Source: Eledone cirrhosa (taxonomy: Eukaryota). Taken from it: DNA of 64,000 nucleotides. The stretch covers positions 165,106,001-165,170,000 of the forward strand of contig OZ024742.1 of NCBI GenBank assembly GCA_964016885.1. Direction: 5' to 3'. Below, in pieces: positions 26,346-42,000 of this stretch. The position numbers were made by a program, and so were the translations under genes. The stretch's first letter is position 1, and each line of letters begins with the position of its first letter. Under the pieces are notes generated by a model, which saw only the letters and a program-made list of their open reading frames with translations, was not told where the DNA came from and made no database searches.

Positions 26346-29300
26346 TTTTTTACAAATTATCTCCCCCTGATTTTTTTTTACAAATTATCCCCCCCGATTT
26401 TTTTTACAAATTATCTCCCCCTGATTTTTTTTACAAATTATCTCCCCTTGGACGGCTGGAAATTATCTCCCCTTGGACGGCTGGAAATTATCTCCCCTTG
26501 GACGGCTAGAAATTACCTCTCCTTGGACGACTGAAAATTATCTCCCCTTGGACGGCTGCAAATTATCTCCCCTTGATTTTTTTTACAAATTATCTCCGCC
26601 TGATTTTTTTTTTAAAATTATCTCCCCTTGGACGGCTGGAAATTACCTCCCCTTGGACGGCTGGAAATTATCTCCCCTTGGACGGCTAGAAATTACCTCT
26701 CATTGGACGGCTGAAAATTATCTCCCCTTGGACGGCTGGAAATTATCTCCCCTTGATTTTTTTTTACAAATTATCTCCCCCTGATTTTTTTTTACAAATT
26801 ATCTCCCCCTGATTTTTTTTTTACAAATTATCTCCGCCTGATTTTTTTTTAAAATTATCTCTCCTTGGACGGCTGGATATTATCTCCCCTTTCATTTTTT
26901 TTACAAATTATCTCCCCCTGATTTTTTTTTACAAATTATCTCCCCCTGATTTTTTTTTACAAATTATCTACCCCTAATTTTTTTTTACAAATTATCTCCC
27001 CCTGATTTTTTTACAAATTATCTCCCCCTGATTTTTTTTACAAATTATCTCCGCCTGATTTTTTTAAATATTATCTTCTCTTGGCTGGCGGGAAATTATC
27101 TCCCCTTGGACGGCTGAAAATTATCTCCCCTTGGACGGCTGGAAATTATCTCCCCTTGGAGGCTGGAATTTATCTCCCCTTGGACGGCTAGAAATTACCT
27201 CTCCTTGGACGGCTGGAAAATATGTCCTTGGACGGCTGGATATTATCTACCCTTGGACGGCTGGAAATTATCTCCCCTTGGACGGCTGGAAATTATCTCC
27301 CCTTGGACGGCTAGATATTACCTCCCCTTGGACGGCTGGAAATTATCTCCCCTTGATTTTTTTTACAAATTATCCCCCCCTGATTTTTTTTTACAAATTA
27401 TCTCCCCCTGATTTTTTTTTACAAATTATCTACCCCTGATTTTTTTTTACAAATTATCTCCCCCTGATTTTTTTTACAAATTATCTCTCCCTGATTTTTT
27501 TTTACAAATTATCTCCCCCTGATTTTTTTTTACAAATTATCTCCCCCTGATTTTTTTTACAAATTATCTCCCCCTGATTTTTTTACAAATTATCTCCCCC
27601 CGATTTTTTTTACAAATTATCTCCGCCTAATTTTTTTAAATATTATCTTCCCTTGGCTGGCGGGAAATTATCTCCCCTTGGACGGCTGAAAATTATCTCC
27701 CCTTGGACGGCTGGAAATTATCTCCCCTTGATTTTTTTACAAATTATCTCCCCCTGATTATTTTTTACAAATTATCTCCCCCTGATTTTTTTTTACAAAT
27801 TATCTCCCTCTGATTTTTTTTACAAATTATCTCCCCTTGGCTGGCTGGAAATTATCTCCCCTTGGAGGCTGGAATTTATCTCCACTTGGACGGTTAGAAA
27901 TTACCTCTCCTTGGACTGCTGGAAAATATGTCTCCTTGGACGGCTGGAAATTATCTCCCCTTGGACGGCTGGAAATTATCTCCCCTTGGACGGCTGGAAA
28001 TTATCTCTCCTCGGACGACTAGAAATTACCTCTCCTTGGACAGCTGAAAATTATCTCCCCTTGGACGGCTGGAAATTATCTCCCCTTGATTTTTTTTACA
28101 AATTATCTCCCCGATTTTTTTTTACAAATTATCTCCCCCTGATTTTTTTTACAAATTATCTCCCCCTGATTTTTTTTACAAATTATCTCCCCCTGATATT
28201 TTTTACAAATTATCTCCCCCTGATTTTTTAACAAATTATCTCCCCTTGGCTGGCTGGAAATTATCTCCCCTTGGAGGCTGGAATTTATCTCCCCTTGGAC
28301 GGCTAGAAATTACCTCGCCTTGGACGGCTGGAAAATATGTCTCCTTGGACGGCTGGAAATTATCTCCCCTTGGACGGCTGGAAATTATCTCCCCTTGGAC
28401 GGCTGGAAATTATCTCCCTTTGGACGGCTAGATATTACCTCCCCTTGGACGGCTGGAAATTATCTCCCCTTGATTTTTTTTACAAATTATCTCCCCCTGA
28501 TTTTTTTTTACAAATTATCTCCCCCTGATTTTTTTTTACGAATTATCTCCCCCTGATTTTTTTTTACAAATTATCTCCGCCTGATTTTTTTTTTAAAATT
28601 ATCTCCCCTTGAACGGCTGGAAATTATCTCCCCTTGGACGGCTGGAAATTATCTCCCCTTGGACGGCTAGAAATTACCTCTCCTTGGACGGCTGAAAATT
28701 ATCTCCCCTTGGACGGCTGCAAATTATCTCCCCTTGATTTTTTAACAAATTATCTCCCCCTGATTTTTTTTTACAAATTATCTCCCCCTGATTTTTTTTT
28801 ACAAATTATCTACGCCTAATTTTTTTTACAAATTATCTCCCCCTGATTTTTTTTTACAAATTATCTCCCCCTGATTTTTTTTACAAATTATCTCCCCCTG
28901 ATTTTTTTTTACAAATTATTTCCCCCTGATTTTTTTACAAATTATCTCCCCCCTGATTTTTTTTACAATCTCCGCCTGATTTTTTTAAAAATTATCTTGC
29001 CTTGGCTGGCGGGAAATTATCTCCCCTTGGACGGCTGGAAATTATATCCCCTTGGACGGCTGGAAATTACCTCCCCTTGGACAGCTGGAAATTATCTGCC
29101 CTTGATTTTGTTTTTACAAATTATCTCCCCCTGATTTTTTTTACAAATTATCTCCACCTGATTTTTTAAAAAATTATCTCCCCTTGGACGGCTGGAAATT
29201 ATCTCCCCTTGATTTTTTTTACAAATTATCTCCCCCTGATTTTTTTTTACAAATTATCTCCCCCTGATTTTTTTTTACAAATTATCTGCCCCTGATTTTT

Positions 29301-30009
29301 TTTACAAATTATCTCCCCCTGATTTTTTTACAAATTATCTCCCCTTGGCTGGCTGGAAATTATCTCCCCTTGGAGGCTGGAATTTATCTCCCCTTGGACG
29401 GCTAGAAATTACCTCTCCTTGGACGGCTGGAAAATATTTCTCCTTGGACGGCTGGATATTATCTACCCTTGGACGGGTGGAAATTATCTCCCCTTGGACG
29501 GCTGGAAATTATCTCCCCTTGGACGGCTAGATATTACCTCCCCTTGGACGACTGGAAATTATCTCCCCTTGATTTTTTTTACAAATTATCTCCCCCTGAT
29601 TTTTTTTTTACAAATTATCTCCCCCTGATTTTTTTTACAAATTATCTCCGCCTGATTTTTTTAAATATTATCTTCTCTTGGCTGGCGGGAAATTATCTCC
29701 CCTTGGACGGCTGAAAATTATCTCCCCTTGGACGGCTGGAAATTATCTCCCCTTGATTTTTTTTACAAATTATCTCCCCCTGATTTTTTTTTACAAATTA
29801 TCTCCCCCTGATTTTTTTTTACAAATTATCTCCCCCTGATTTTTTTTTTACAAATTATCTCCCCCTGATTTATTTACAAATTATCTCCCCCTGATTTTTT
29901 TTACAAATTATCTCCGACTGATTTTTTTAAATATTATCTTCTCTTGGCTGGCGGGAAATTATCTCCCCTTGGACGGCTGAAAATTATCTCCCCTTGGACG
30001 GCTGGAAAT

Positions 30010-33000
30010 TATCTCCCCTTGATTTTTTTTATAAATTATCTCCCCCTGATTTTTTTTTACAAATTATCTCCCCCTGATTTTTTTTTACAAATTATCTCCC
30101 CCTGATTTTTTTTTACAAATTATCTCCCCCTGATTTTTTTTACAAATTATCTCCCCCTGATTTTTTTACAAATTATCTCCCCCTGATTTTTTTTACAAAT
30201 TATCTCCGACTGATTTTTTTAAATATTATCTTCTCTTGGCTGGCGGGAAATTATCTCCCCTTGGACGGCTGAAAATTATCTACCCTTGGACGGCTGGAAA
30301 TTATCTCCCCTTGATTTTTTTTACAAATTATCTCCCCCTGATTTTTTTTTACAAATTATCTCCCCCTGATTTTTTTTTACAAATTATCTCCCCCTGATTT
30401 TTTTTTACAAATTATCTCCCCCTGATTTTTTTTACAAATTATCTCCCCCTGATTTTTTTACAAATTATCTCCCCTTGGCTGGCTGGAAATTATCTCCCCT
30501 TGGAGGCTGGAATTTATCTCCCCTTGGACGGCTAGAAATTACCTCTCCTTGGACGGCTGGAAAATATGTCCTTGGACGGCTGGATATTATCTACCCTTGG
30601 ACGGCTGGAAATTATCTCTCCTCGGACGACTAGAAATTACCTCTCCTTGGACAGCTGAAAATTATCTCCCCTTGGACGGCTGGAAATTATCTCCCCTTGA
30701 TTTTTTTTACAAATTATCTCCCCCTGATTTATTTTACAAATTATCTCCCCCTGATTTTTTTTTACAAATTATCTCCCCCTGATTTTTTTTACAAATTATC
30801 TCCCCCTGATATTTTTTACAAATTATCTCCCCCTGATTTTTTTACAAATTATCTCCCCTTGGCTGGCTGGAAATTATCTACCCTTGGAGGCTGGAATTTA
30901 TCTCCCCTTGGACGGCTAGAAATTACCTCGCCTTGGACGGCTGGAAAATATGTCTCCTTGGACGGCTGGAAATTATCTCCCCTTGGACGGCTGGAAATTA
31001 TCTCCCCTTGGACGGCTGGAAATTATCTCCCCTTGGACGGCTAGATATTACCTCCCCTTGGACGGCTGGAAATTATCTCCCCTTGATTTTTTTTACAAAT
31101 TATCTCCCCCTGATTTTTTTTTACAAATTATCTCCCCCTGATTTTTTTTTACGAAGTATCTCCCCCTGATTTTTTTTTACAAATTATCTCCGCCTGATTT
31201 TTTTTAAAAAATTATCTCCCCTTGAACGGCTGGAAATTATCTCCCCTTGGACGGCTGGAAATTATCTCCCCTTGGACGGCTAGAAATTACCTCTCCTTGG
31301 ACGGCTGAAAATTATCTCCCATTGGACGGCTGCAAATTATCTCCCCTTGATTTTTTAACAAATTATCTCCCCCTTATTTTTTTTTACAAATTATCTCCCC
31401 CTGATTTTTTTTTACAAATTATCTACGCCTAATTTTTTTTACAAATTATCTCCCCCTGATTTTTTTTTACAAATTATCTCCCCCTGATTTTTTTTACAAA
31501 TTATCTCCCCCTGATTTTTTTTTACAAATTATTTCCCCCTGATTTTTTTACAAATTATCTCCCCCCTGATTTTTTTTACAATCTCCGCCTGATTTTTTTA
31601 AAAATTATCTTCCCTTGGCTGGCGGGAAATTATCTCCCCTTGGACGGCTGGAAATTATATCCCCTTGGAAGGATGGAAATTATCTCCCCTTGGACGGCTG
31701 GAAATTATCTCCCCTTGGACGGCTGGAAATTATCTCCCCTTGGACAGCTGGAAATTATCTGTCCTTGATTTTGTTTTTACAAATTATCTCCCCCTGATTT
31801 TTTTTACAAATTATCTCCACCTGATTTTTTAAAAAATTATCTCCCCTTGGACGGCTGGAAATTATCTCCCCTTGATTTTTTTTACAAATTATCTCCCCCT
31901 GATTTTTTTTTACAAATTATCTCCCCCTGATTTTTTTTTACAAATTATCTCCCCCTGATTTTTTTTTACAAATTATCTCACCCTGATTTTTTTTACAAAT
32001 TATCTCTCCCTGATTTTTTTACAAATTATCTCCCCTTGGCTGGCTGGAAATTATCTCCCCTTGGAGGCTGGAATTTATCTCCCCTTGGACGGCTAGAAAT
32101 TACCTCTCCTTGGACGGCTGGAAAATATGTCTCCTTGGACGGCTGGATATTATCTACCCTTGGACGGCTGGAAATTATCTCCCCTTGGACGGCTGGAAAT
32201 TATCTCCTCTTGGACGGCTAGATATTACCTCCCCTTGGACGGCTGGAAATTATCTCCCCTTGATTTTTTTACAAATTATCTCCCCCTGATTTTTTTACAA
32301 ATTATCTCCCCCTGATTTTTTTTACAAATTATCTCCGCCTAATTTTTTTAAATATTATCTTCCCTTGGCTGGCGGGAAATTATCTCCCCTTGGACGGCTG
32401 AAAATTATCTCCCCTTGGACGGCTGGAAATTATCTCCCCTTGATTTTTTTTACAAATTATCTCCCCCTGATTTTTTTTTACAAATTATCTCCCCCTGATT
32501 TTTTTTACAAATTATCTCCCCCTGATTTTTTTACAAATTATCTCCCCTTGGCTGGCTGGAAATTATCTCCCCTTGGAGGCTGGAATTTATCTCCCCTTGG
32601 ACGGCTAGAAATTACCTCTCCTTGGAAGGCTGGAAAATATGTCCTTGGACGGCTGGATATTATCTACCCTTGGACGGCTGGAAATTATCTCCCCTTGGAC
32701 GGCTGGAAATTATCTCCCCTTGGACGGCTAGATATTACCTCCCCTTGGACGGCTGAAAATTATCTCCCCTTGGACGGCTGGAAATTATCTCCCCTTGATT
32801 TTTTTTTACAAATTATCTCCCCCTGATTATTTTTTACAAATTATCCCCTGATTTTTTTTTTACAAATTATCTCCCCCTGATTTTTTTACAAATTATCTCC
32901 CCTTGGCTGGCTGGAAATTATCTCCCATTGGAGGCTGGAATTTATCTCCCCTTGGACGGTTAGAAATTACCTCCCCTTGGACGGCTGGAAAATATGTCTC

Positions 33001-36000
33001 CTTGGACGGCTGGAAATTATCGCGCCTTGGACGGCTGGAAATTATCTCCCCTTGGACGGCTGGAAATTATCTCTCATCGGACGGCTAGAAATTACCTCTC
33101 CTTGGACAGCTGAAAATTATCTCCCCTTGGACGGCTGGAAATTATCTCCCCTTGATTTTTTTTACAAATTATCTCCCCCTGATTTTTTTTTACAAATTAT
33201 CTCCCCCTGATTTTTTTTTACAAATTATCTCCCCCTGATTTTTTTTTACAAATTATCTCCCCCTGATATTTTTTACAAATTATCTCCCCCTGATTTTTTT
33301 ACAAATTATCTCCCCTTGGCTGGCTGGAAATTATCTCCCCTTGGAGGCTGGAATTTATCTCCCCTTGGACGGCTAGAAATTACCTCGCCTTGGACGGCTG
33401 GAAAATATGTCTCCTTGGACGGCTGGAAATTATCTCCCCTTGGACGGCTGGAAATTATCTCCCCTTGGACAGCTGGAAATTATCTCCCCTTGGACGGCTA
33501 GATATTACCTCCCCTTGGACGGCTGGAAATTATCTCCCCTTGATTTTTTTTACAAATTATCTCCCCCTGATTTTTTTTTACAAATTATCTCCCCCTGATT
33601 TTTTTTTACGAATTATCTCCCCCCGATTTTTTTTTACAAATTATCTCCGCCTGATTTTTTTTTAAAAATTATCTCCCCTTGAACGGCTGGAAATTATCTC
33701 CCCTTGGACGGCTGGAAATTATCTCCCCTTGGACGGCTAGAAATTACCTCTCCTTGGACGGCTGAAAATTATCTCCCCTTGGACGGCTGCAAATTATCTC
33801 CCCTTGATTTTTTAACAAATTATCTCCCCCTGATTTTTTTTTACAAATTATCTCCCCCTGATTTTTTTTTACAAATTATCTCCCCCTGATTTTTTTTTAC
33901 AAATTATCTCCCCCTGATTTTTTTTACAATCTCCGCCTGATTTTTTAAAAAATTATCTTCCCTTGGCTGGCGGGAAATTATCTCCCCTTGGACGGCTGGA
34001 AATTATCTCCCCTTGATTTTTTTACAAATTATCTCCCCCTGATTTTTTTTACAAATTATCTCCCCCTGATTTTATGTTACAAATTATCTCCCCCTGATTT
34101 TTTTACAAATTATCTCCCCCTGATTTTTTTTACAAATTATCTCCGCCTGATTTTTTTAAATATTATCTTCCCTTGGCTGGCGGGAAATTATCTCCCCTTG
34201 GACGGCTGGAAATTATCTCCCCTTGATTTTTTTTACAAATTATCTCCCCCTGATTTTTTTTTACAAATTATCTCCCCCTGATTTTTTTTTTACAAATTAT
34301 CTCCCCCTGATTTTTTTTTACAAATTATCTCCCCCTGATTTTTTTTTACAAATCTCCCCCTGATTTTTTTATAAATTATCTCCCCTTGGCTGGCTGGAAA
34401 TTATCTCCCCTTGGAGGCTGGAATTTATCTCCCCTTGGACGGCTAGAAATTACCTCTCCTTGGATGGCTGGAAAATATGTCTCCTTGGACGGCTGGATAT
34501 TATCTACCCTTGGACGGCTGGAAATTATCTCCCCTTGGACGGCTGGAAATTATCTCCCCTTGGACGGCTAGATATTACCTCCCATTGGACGGCTGGAAAT
34601 TATCTCCCCTTGATTTTTTTTACAAATTATCTCCCCCTGATTTTTTTTTACGAATTATCTCCCCCTGATTTTTTTTTACAAATTATCTCCGCCTGATTTT
34701 TTTTTTAAAATTATCTCCCCTTGAACGGCTGGAAATTATCTCCCCTTGGACGGCTGGAAATTATCTCCCCTTGGACGGCTAGAAATTACCTCTCCTTGGA
34801 CTGCTGAAAATTATCTCCCCTTGGACGGCTGCAAATTATCTCCCCTTGATTTTTTTAACAAATTATCTCCCCCTGATTTTTTTTTACAAATTATCTCCCC
34901 CTGATTTTTTTTTACAAATTATCTACGCCTAATTTTTTTTACAAATTATCTCCCCCTGATTTTTTTTTACAAATTATCTCCCCCTGATTTTTTTTACAAA
35001 TTATCTCCCCCTGATTTTTTTTACAAATTATCTCCCCCTGATTTTTTTACAAATTATCTCCCCCCTGATTTTTTTTACAATCTCCGCCTGATTTTTTTAA
35101 AAATTATCTTCCCTTGGCTGGCGGGAAATTATCTCCCCTTGGACGGCTGGAAATTATATCCCCTTGGAAGGATGGAAATTATCTCCCCTTGGACGGCTGG
35201 AAATTATCTCCCCTTGGACGGCTGGAAATTACCTCCCCTTGGACAGCTGGAAATTATCTGCCCTTGATTTTGTTTTTACAAATTATCTCCCCCTGATTTT
35301 TTTTACAAATTATCTCCACCTGATTTTTTAAAAAATTATCTCCCCTTGGACGGCTGGAAATTATCTCCCCTTGGACGGCTGGAAATTATCTCCCCTTGAT
35401 TTTTTTTACAAATTATCTCCCCCTGATTTTTTTTTACAAATTATCTCCCCCTGATTTTTTTTACAAATTATCTCCCCCTGATTTTTTTTTACAAATTATT
35501 TCCCCCTGATTTTTTTACAAATTATCTCCCCCCTGATTTTTTTTACAATCTCCGCCTGATTTTTTTAAAAATTATCTTCCCTTGGCTGGCGGGAAATTAT
35601 CTCCCCTTGGACGGCTGGAAATTATATCCCCTTGGAAGGATGGAAATTATCTCCCCTTGGACGGCTGGAAATTATCTCCCCTTGGACGGCTGGAAATTAT
35701 CTCCCCTTGGACAGCTGGAAATTATCTGCCCTTGATTTTGTTTTTACAAATTATCTCCCCCTGATTTTTTTTACAAATTATCTCCACCTGATTTTTTAAA
35801 AAATTATCTCCCCTTGGACGGCTGGAAATTATCTCCCCTTGATTTTTTTTACAAATTATCTCCCCCTGATTTTTTTTTACAAATTATCTCCCCCTGATTT
35901 TTTTTTACAAATTATCTCACCCTGATTTTTTTTACAAATTATCTCTCCCTGATTTTTTTACAAATTATCTCCCCTTGGCTGGCTGGAAATTATCTCCCCT

Positions 36001-39000
36001 TGGAGGCTGGAATTTATCTCCCCTTGGACGGCTAGAAATTACCTCTCCTTGGACGGCTGGAAAATATGTCTCCTTGGACGGCTGGATATTATCTACCCTT
36101 GGACGGCTGGAAATTATCTCCCCTTGGACGGCTGGAAATTATCTCCTCTTGGACGGCTAGATATTACCTCCCCTTGGACGGCTGGAAATTATCTCCCCTT
36201 GATTTTTTTACAAATTATCTCCCCCTGATTTTTTTACAAATTATCTCCCCCTGATTTTTTTTACAAATTATCTTCGCCTAATTTTTTTAAATATTATCTT
36301 CCCTTGGCTGGCGGGAAATTATCTCCCCTTGGACGGCTGAAAATTATCTCCCCTTGGACGGCTGGAAATTATCTCCCCTTGATTTTTTTTACAAATTATC
36401 TCCCCCTGATTTTTTTTTACAAATTATCTCCCCCTGATTTTTTTTTACAAATTATCTCCCCCTGATTTTTTTTTACAAATTATCTCCCCCTGATATTTTT
36501 TACAAATTATCTCCCCCTGATTTTTTTACAAATTATCTCCCCTTGGCTGGCTGGAAATTATCTCCCCTTGGAGGCTGGAATTTATCTCCCCTTGGACGGC
36601 TAGAAATTACCTCGCCTTGGACGGCTGGAAAATATGTCTCCTTGGACGGCTGGAAATTATCTCCCCTTGGACGGCTGGAAATTATCTCCCCTTGGACAGC
36701 TGGAAATTATCTCCCCTTGGACGGCTAGATATTACCTCCCCTTGGACGGCTGGAAATTATCTCCCCTTGATTTTTTTTACAAATTATCTCCCCCTGATTT
36801 TTTTTTACAAATTATCTCCCCCTGATTTTTTTTTACGAATTATCTCCCCCCGATTTTTTTTTACAAATTATCTCCGCCTGATTTTTTTTTAAAAATTATC
36901 TCCCCTTGAACGGCTGGAAATTATCTCCCCTTGGACGGCTGGAAATTATCTCCCCTTGGACGGCTAGAAATTACCTCTCCTTGGACGGCTGAAAATTATC
37001 TCCCCTTGGACGGCTGCAAATTATCTCCCCTTGATTTTTTAACAAATTATCTCCCCCTGATTTTTTTTTACAAATTATCTCCCCCTGATTTTTTTTTACA
37101 AATTATCTCCCCCTGATTTTTTTTTACAAATTATCTCCCCCTGATTTTTTTACAAATTATCTCCCCGATTTTTTTTACAATCTCCGCCTGATTTTTTAAA
37201 AAATTATCTTCCCTTGGCTGGCGGGAAATTATCTCCCCTTGGACGGCTGGAAATTATCTCCCCTTGGACGGCTGGAAATTATCTCCCCTTGGACAGCTGG
37301 AAATTATCTGCCCTTGATTTTGTTTTTACAAATTATCTCCCCCTGATTTTTTTTACAAATTATCTCCACCTGATTTTTTAAAAAATTATCTCCCCTTGGA
37401 CGGCTGGAAATTATCTCCCCTTGATTTTTTTACAAATTATCTCCCCTTGGACGGCTGCAAATTATCTCCCCTTGATTTTTTTAACAAATTATCTCCCCCT
37501 GATTTTTTTTTACAAATTATCTCCCCCTGATTTTTTTTACAAATTATCTACGCCTAATTTTTTTTACAAATTATCTCCCCCTGATTTTTTTTTACAAATT
37601 ATCTCCCCCTGATTTTTTTTACAAATTATCTCCCCTTGGCTGGCTGGAAATTATCTCCCCTTGGAGGCTGGAATTTATCTCCCCTTGGACGGTTAGAAAT
37701 TACCTCTCCTTGGACTGCTGGAAAATATGTCTCCTTGGACGGCTGGAAATTATCTCCCCTTGGACGGCTGGAAATTATCTCCCCTTGGACGGCTGGAAAT
37801 TATCTCTCCTCGGACGACTAGAAATTACCTCTCCTTGGACAGCTGAAAATTATCTCCCCTTGGACGGCTGGAAATTATCTCCCCTTGATTTTTTTTACAA
37901 ATTATCTCCCCCTGATTTATTTTACAAATTATCTCCCCCTGATTTTTTTTTACAAATTATCTCCCCCTGATTTTTTTTACAAATTATCTCCCCCTGATAT
38001 TTTTTACAAATTATCTCCCCCTGATTTTTTTACAAATTATCTCCCCTTGGCTGGCTGGAAATTATCTACCCTTGGAGGCTGGAATTTATCTCCCCTTGGA
38101 CGGCTAGAAATTACCTCGCCTTGGACGGCTGGAAAATATGTCTCCTTGGACGGCTGGAAATTATCTCCCCTTGGACGGCTGGAAATTATCTCCCCTTGGA
38201 CGGCTGGAAATTATCTCCCCTTGGACGGCTAGATATTACCTCCCCTTGGACGGCTGGAAATTATCTCCCCTTGATTTTTTTTACAAATTATCTCCCCCTG
38301 ATTTTTTTTTACAAATTATCTCCCCCTGATTTTTTTTTACGAAGTATCTCCCCCTGATTTTTTTTTACAAATTATCTCCGCCTGATTTTTTTTTAAAAAT
38401 TATCTCCCCTTGAACGGCTGGAAATTATCTCCCCTTGGACGGCTGGAAATTATCTCCCCTTGGACGGCTAGAAATTACCTCTCCTTGGACGGCTGAAAAT
38501 TATCTCCCATTGGACGGCTGCAAATTATCTCCCCTTGATTTTTTAACAAATTATCTCCCCCTGATTTTTTTTACAAATTATCTCCCCCTGATTTTTTTTT
38601 ACAAATTATCTACGCCTAATTTTTTTTACAAATTATCTCCCCCTGATTTTTTTTTACAAATTATCTCCCCCTGATTTTTTTTACAAATTATCTCCCCCTG
38701 ATTTTTTTTTACAAATTATTTCCCCCTGATTTTTTTACAAATTATCTCCCCCCTGATTTTTTTTACAATCTCCGCCTGATTTTTTTAAAAATTATCTTCC
38801 CTTGGCTGGCGGGAAATTATCTCCCCTTGGACGGCTGGAAATTATATCCCCTTGGAAGGATGGAAATTATCTCCCCTTGGACGGCTGGAAATTATCTCCC
38901 CTTGGACGGCTGGAAATTATCTCCCCTTGGACAGCTGGAAATTATCTGTCCTTGATTTTGTTTTTACAAATTATCTCCCCCTGATTTTTTTTACAAATTA

Positions 39001-42000
39001 TCTCCACCTGATTTTTTAAAAAATTATCTCCCCTTGGACGGCTGGAAATTATCTCCCCTTGATTTTTTTTACAAATTATCTCCCCCTGATTTTTTTTTAC
39101 AAATTATCTCCCCCTGATTTTTTTTTACAAATTATCTCCCCCTGATTTTTTTTTACAAATTATCTCACCCTGATTTTTTTTACAAATTATCTCTCCCTGA
39201 TTTTTTTACAAATTATCTCCCCTTGGCTGGCTGGAAATTATCTCCCCTTGGAGGCTGGAATTTATCTCCCCTTGGACGGCTAGAAATTACCTCTCCTTGG
39301 ACGGCTGGAAAATATGTCTCCTTGGACGGCTGGATATTATCTACCCGTGGACGGCTGGAAATTATCTCCCCTTGGACGGCTGGAAATTATCTCCTCTTGG
39401 ACGGCTAGATATTACCTCCCCTTGGACGGCTGGAAATTATCTCCCCTTGATTTTTTTACAAATTATCTCCCCCTGATTTTTTTACAAATTATCTCCCCCT
39501 GATTTTTTTTACAAATTATCTCCGCCTAATTTTTTTAAATATTATCTTCCCTTGGCTGGCGGGAAATTATCTCCCCTTGGACGGCTGAAAATTATCTCCC
39601 CTTGGACGGCTGGAAATTATCTCCCCTTGATTTTTTTTACAAATTATCTCCCCCTGATTTTTTTTTACAAATTATCTCCCCCTGATTTTTTTTACAAATT
39701 ATCTCCCCCTGATTTTTTTACAAATTATCTCCCCTTGGCTGGCTGGAAATTATCTCCCCTTGGAGGCTGGAATTTATCTCCCCTTGGACGGCTAGAAATT
39801 ACCTCTCCTTGGAAGGCTGGAAAATATGTCCTTGGACGGCTGGATATTATCTACCCTTGGACGGCTGGAAATTATCTCCCCTTGGACGGCTGGAAATTAT
39901 CTCCCCTTGGACGGCTAGATATTACCTCCCCTTGGACGGCTGAAAATTATCTCCCCTTGGACGGCTGGAAATTATCTCCCCTTGATTTTTTTTACAAATT
40001 ATCTCCCCCTGATTATTTTTTACAAATTATCCCCTGATTTTTTTTTTACAAATTATCTCCCCCTGATTTTTTTTACAAATTATCTCCCCCTGATTTTTTT
40101 ACAAATTATCTCCCCTTGGCTGGCTGGAAATTATCTCCCATTGGAGGCTGGAATTTATCTCCCCTTGGACGGTTAGAAATTACCTCCCCTTGGACGGCTG
40201 GAAAATATGTCTCCTTGGACGGCTGGAAATTATCGCCCCTTGGATGGCTGGAAATTATCTCCCCTTGGACGGCTGGAAATTATCTCTCATCGGACGGCTA
40301 GAAATTACCTCTCCTTGGACAGCTGAAAATTATCTCCCCTTGGACGGCTGGAAATTATCTCCCCTTGATTTTTTTTACAAATTATCTCCCCCTGATTTTT
40401 TTTACAAATTATCTCCCCCTGATTTTTTTTTTACAAATTATCTCCCCCTGATTTTTTTTTACAAATTATCTCCCCCTGATATTTTTTACAAATTATCTCC
40501 CCCTGATTTTTTTACAAATTATCTCCCCTTGGCTGGCTGGAAATTATCTCCCCTTGGAGGCTTGAATTTATCTCCCCTTGGACGGCTAGAAATTACCTCG
40601 CCTTGGACGGCTGGAAAATATGTCTCCTTGGACGGCTGGAAATTATCTCCCCTTGGACGGCTGGAAATTATCTCCCCTTGGACAGCTGGAAATTATCTCC
40701 CCTTGGACGGCTAGATATGACCTCCCCTTGGACGGCTGGAAATTATCTCCCCTTGATTTTTTTTACAAATTATCTCCCCCTGATTTTTTTTTACAAATTA
40801 TCTCCCCCTGATTTTTTTTTACGAATTATCTCCCCCCGATTTTTTTTTACAAATTATCTCCGCCTGATTTTTTTTTAAAAATTATCTCCCCTTGAACGGC
40901 TGGAAATTATCTCCCCTTGGACGGCTGGAAATTATCTCCCCTTGGACGGCTAGAAATTACCTCTCCTTGGACGGCTGAAAATTATCTCCCCTTGGACGGC
41001 TGCAAATTATCTCCCCTTGATTTTTTAACAAATTATCTCCCCCTGATTTTTTTTTACAAATTATCTCCCCCTGATTTTTTTTTACAAATTATCTCCCCCT
41101 GATTTTTTTTTACAAATTATCTCCCCCTGATTTTTTTTACAAATTATCTCCCCCTGATTTTTTTTACAATCTCCGCCTGATTTTTTAAAAAATTATCTTC
41201 CCTTGGCTGGCGGGAAATTATCTCCCCTTGGACGGCTGGAAATTATCTCCCCTTGGACGGCTGGAAATTATCTCCCCTTGGACAGCTGGAAATTATCTGC
41301 CCTTGATTTTGTTTTTACAAATTATCTCCCCCTGATTTTTTTTACAAATTATCTCCACCTGATTTTTTAAAAAATTATCTCCCCTTGGACGGCTGGAAAT
41401 TATCTCCCCTTGATTTTTTTACAAATTATCTCCCCCTGATTTTTTTTACAAATTATCTGCCCCTGATTTTATGTTACAAATTATCTCCCCCTGATTTATT
41501 TACAAATTATCTCCGCCTGATTTTTTTAAATATTATCTTCCCTTGGCTGGCGGGAAATTATCTCCCCTTGGACGGCTGGAAATTATCTCCCCTTGATTTT
41601 TTTTACAAATTATCTCCCCCTGATTTTTTTTTATAAATTATCTCCCCCTGATTTTTTTTTACAAATTATCTCCCCCTGATTTTTTTTTACAAATTATCTC
41701 CCCCTGATTTTTTTTTACAAATCTCCCCCTGATTTTTTTATAAATTATCTCCCCTTGGCTGGCTGGAAATTATCTCCCCTTGGAGGCTGGAATTTATCTC
41801 CCCTTGGACGGCTAGAAATTACCTCTCCTTGGATGGCTGGAAAATATGTCTCCTTGGACGGCTGGATATTATCTACCCTTGGACGGGTGGAAATTATCTC
41901 CCCTTGGACGGCTGGAAATTATCTCCCCTTGGACGGCTAGATATTACCTCCCCTTGGACGACTGGAAATTATCTCCCCTTGATTTTTTTTACAAATTATC

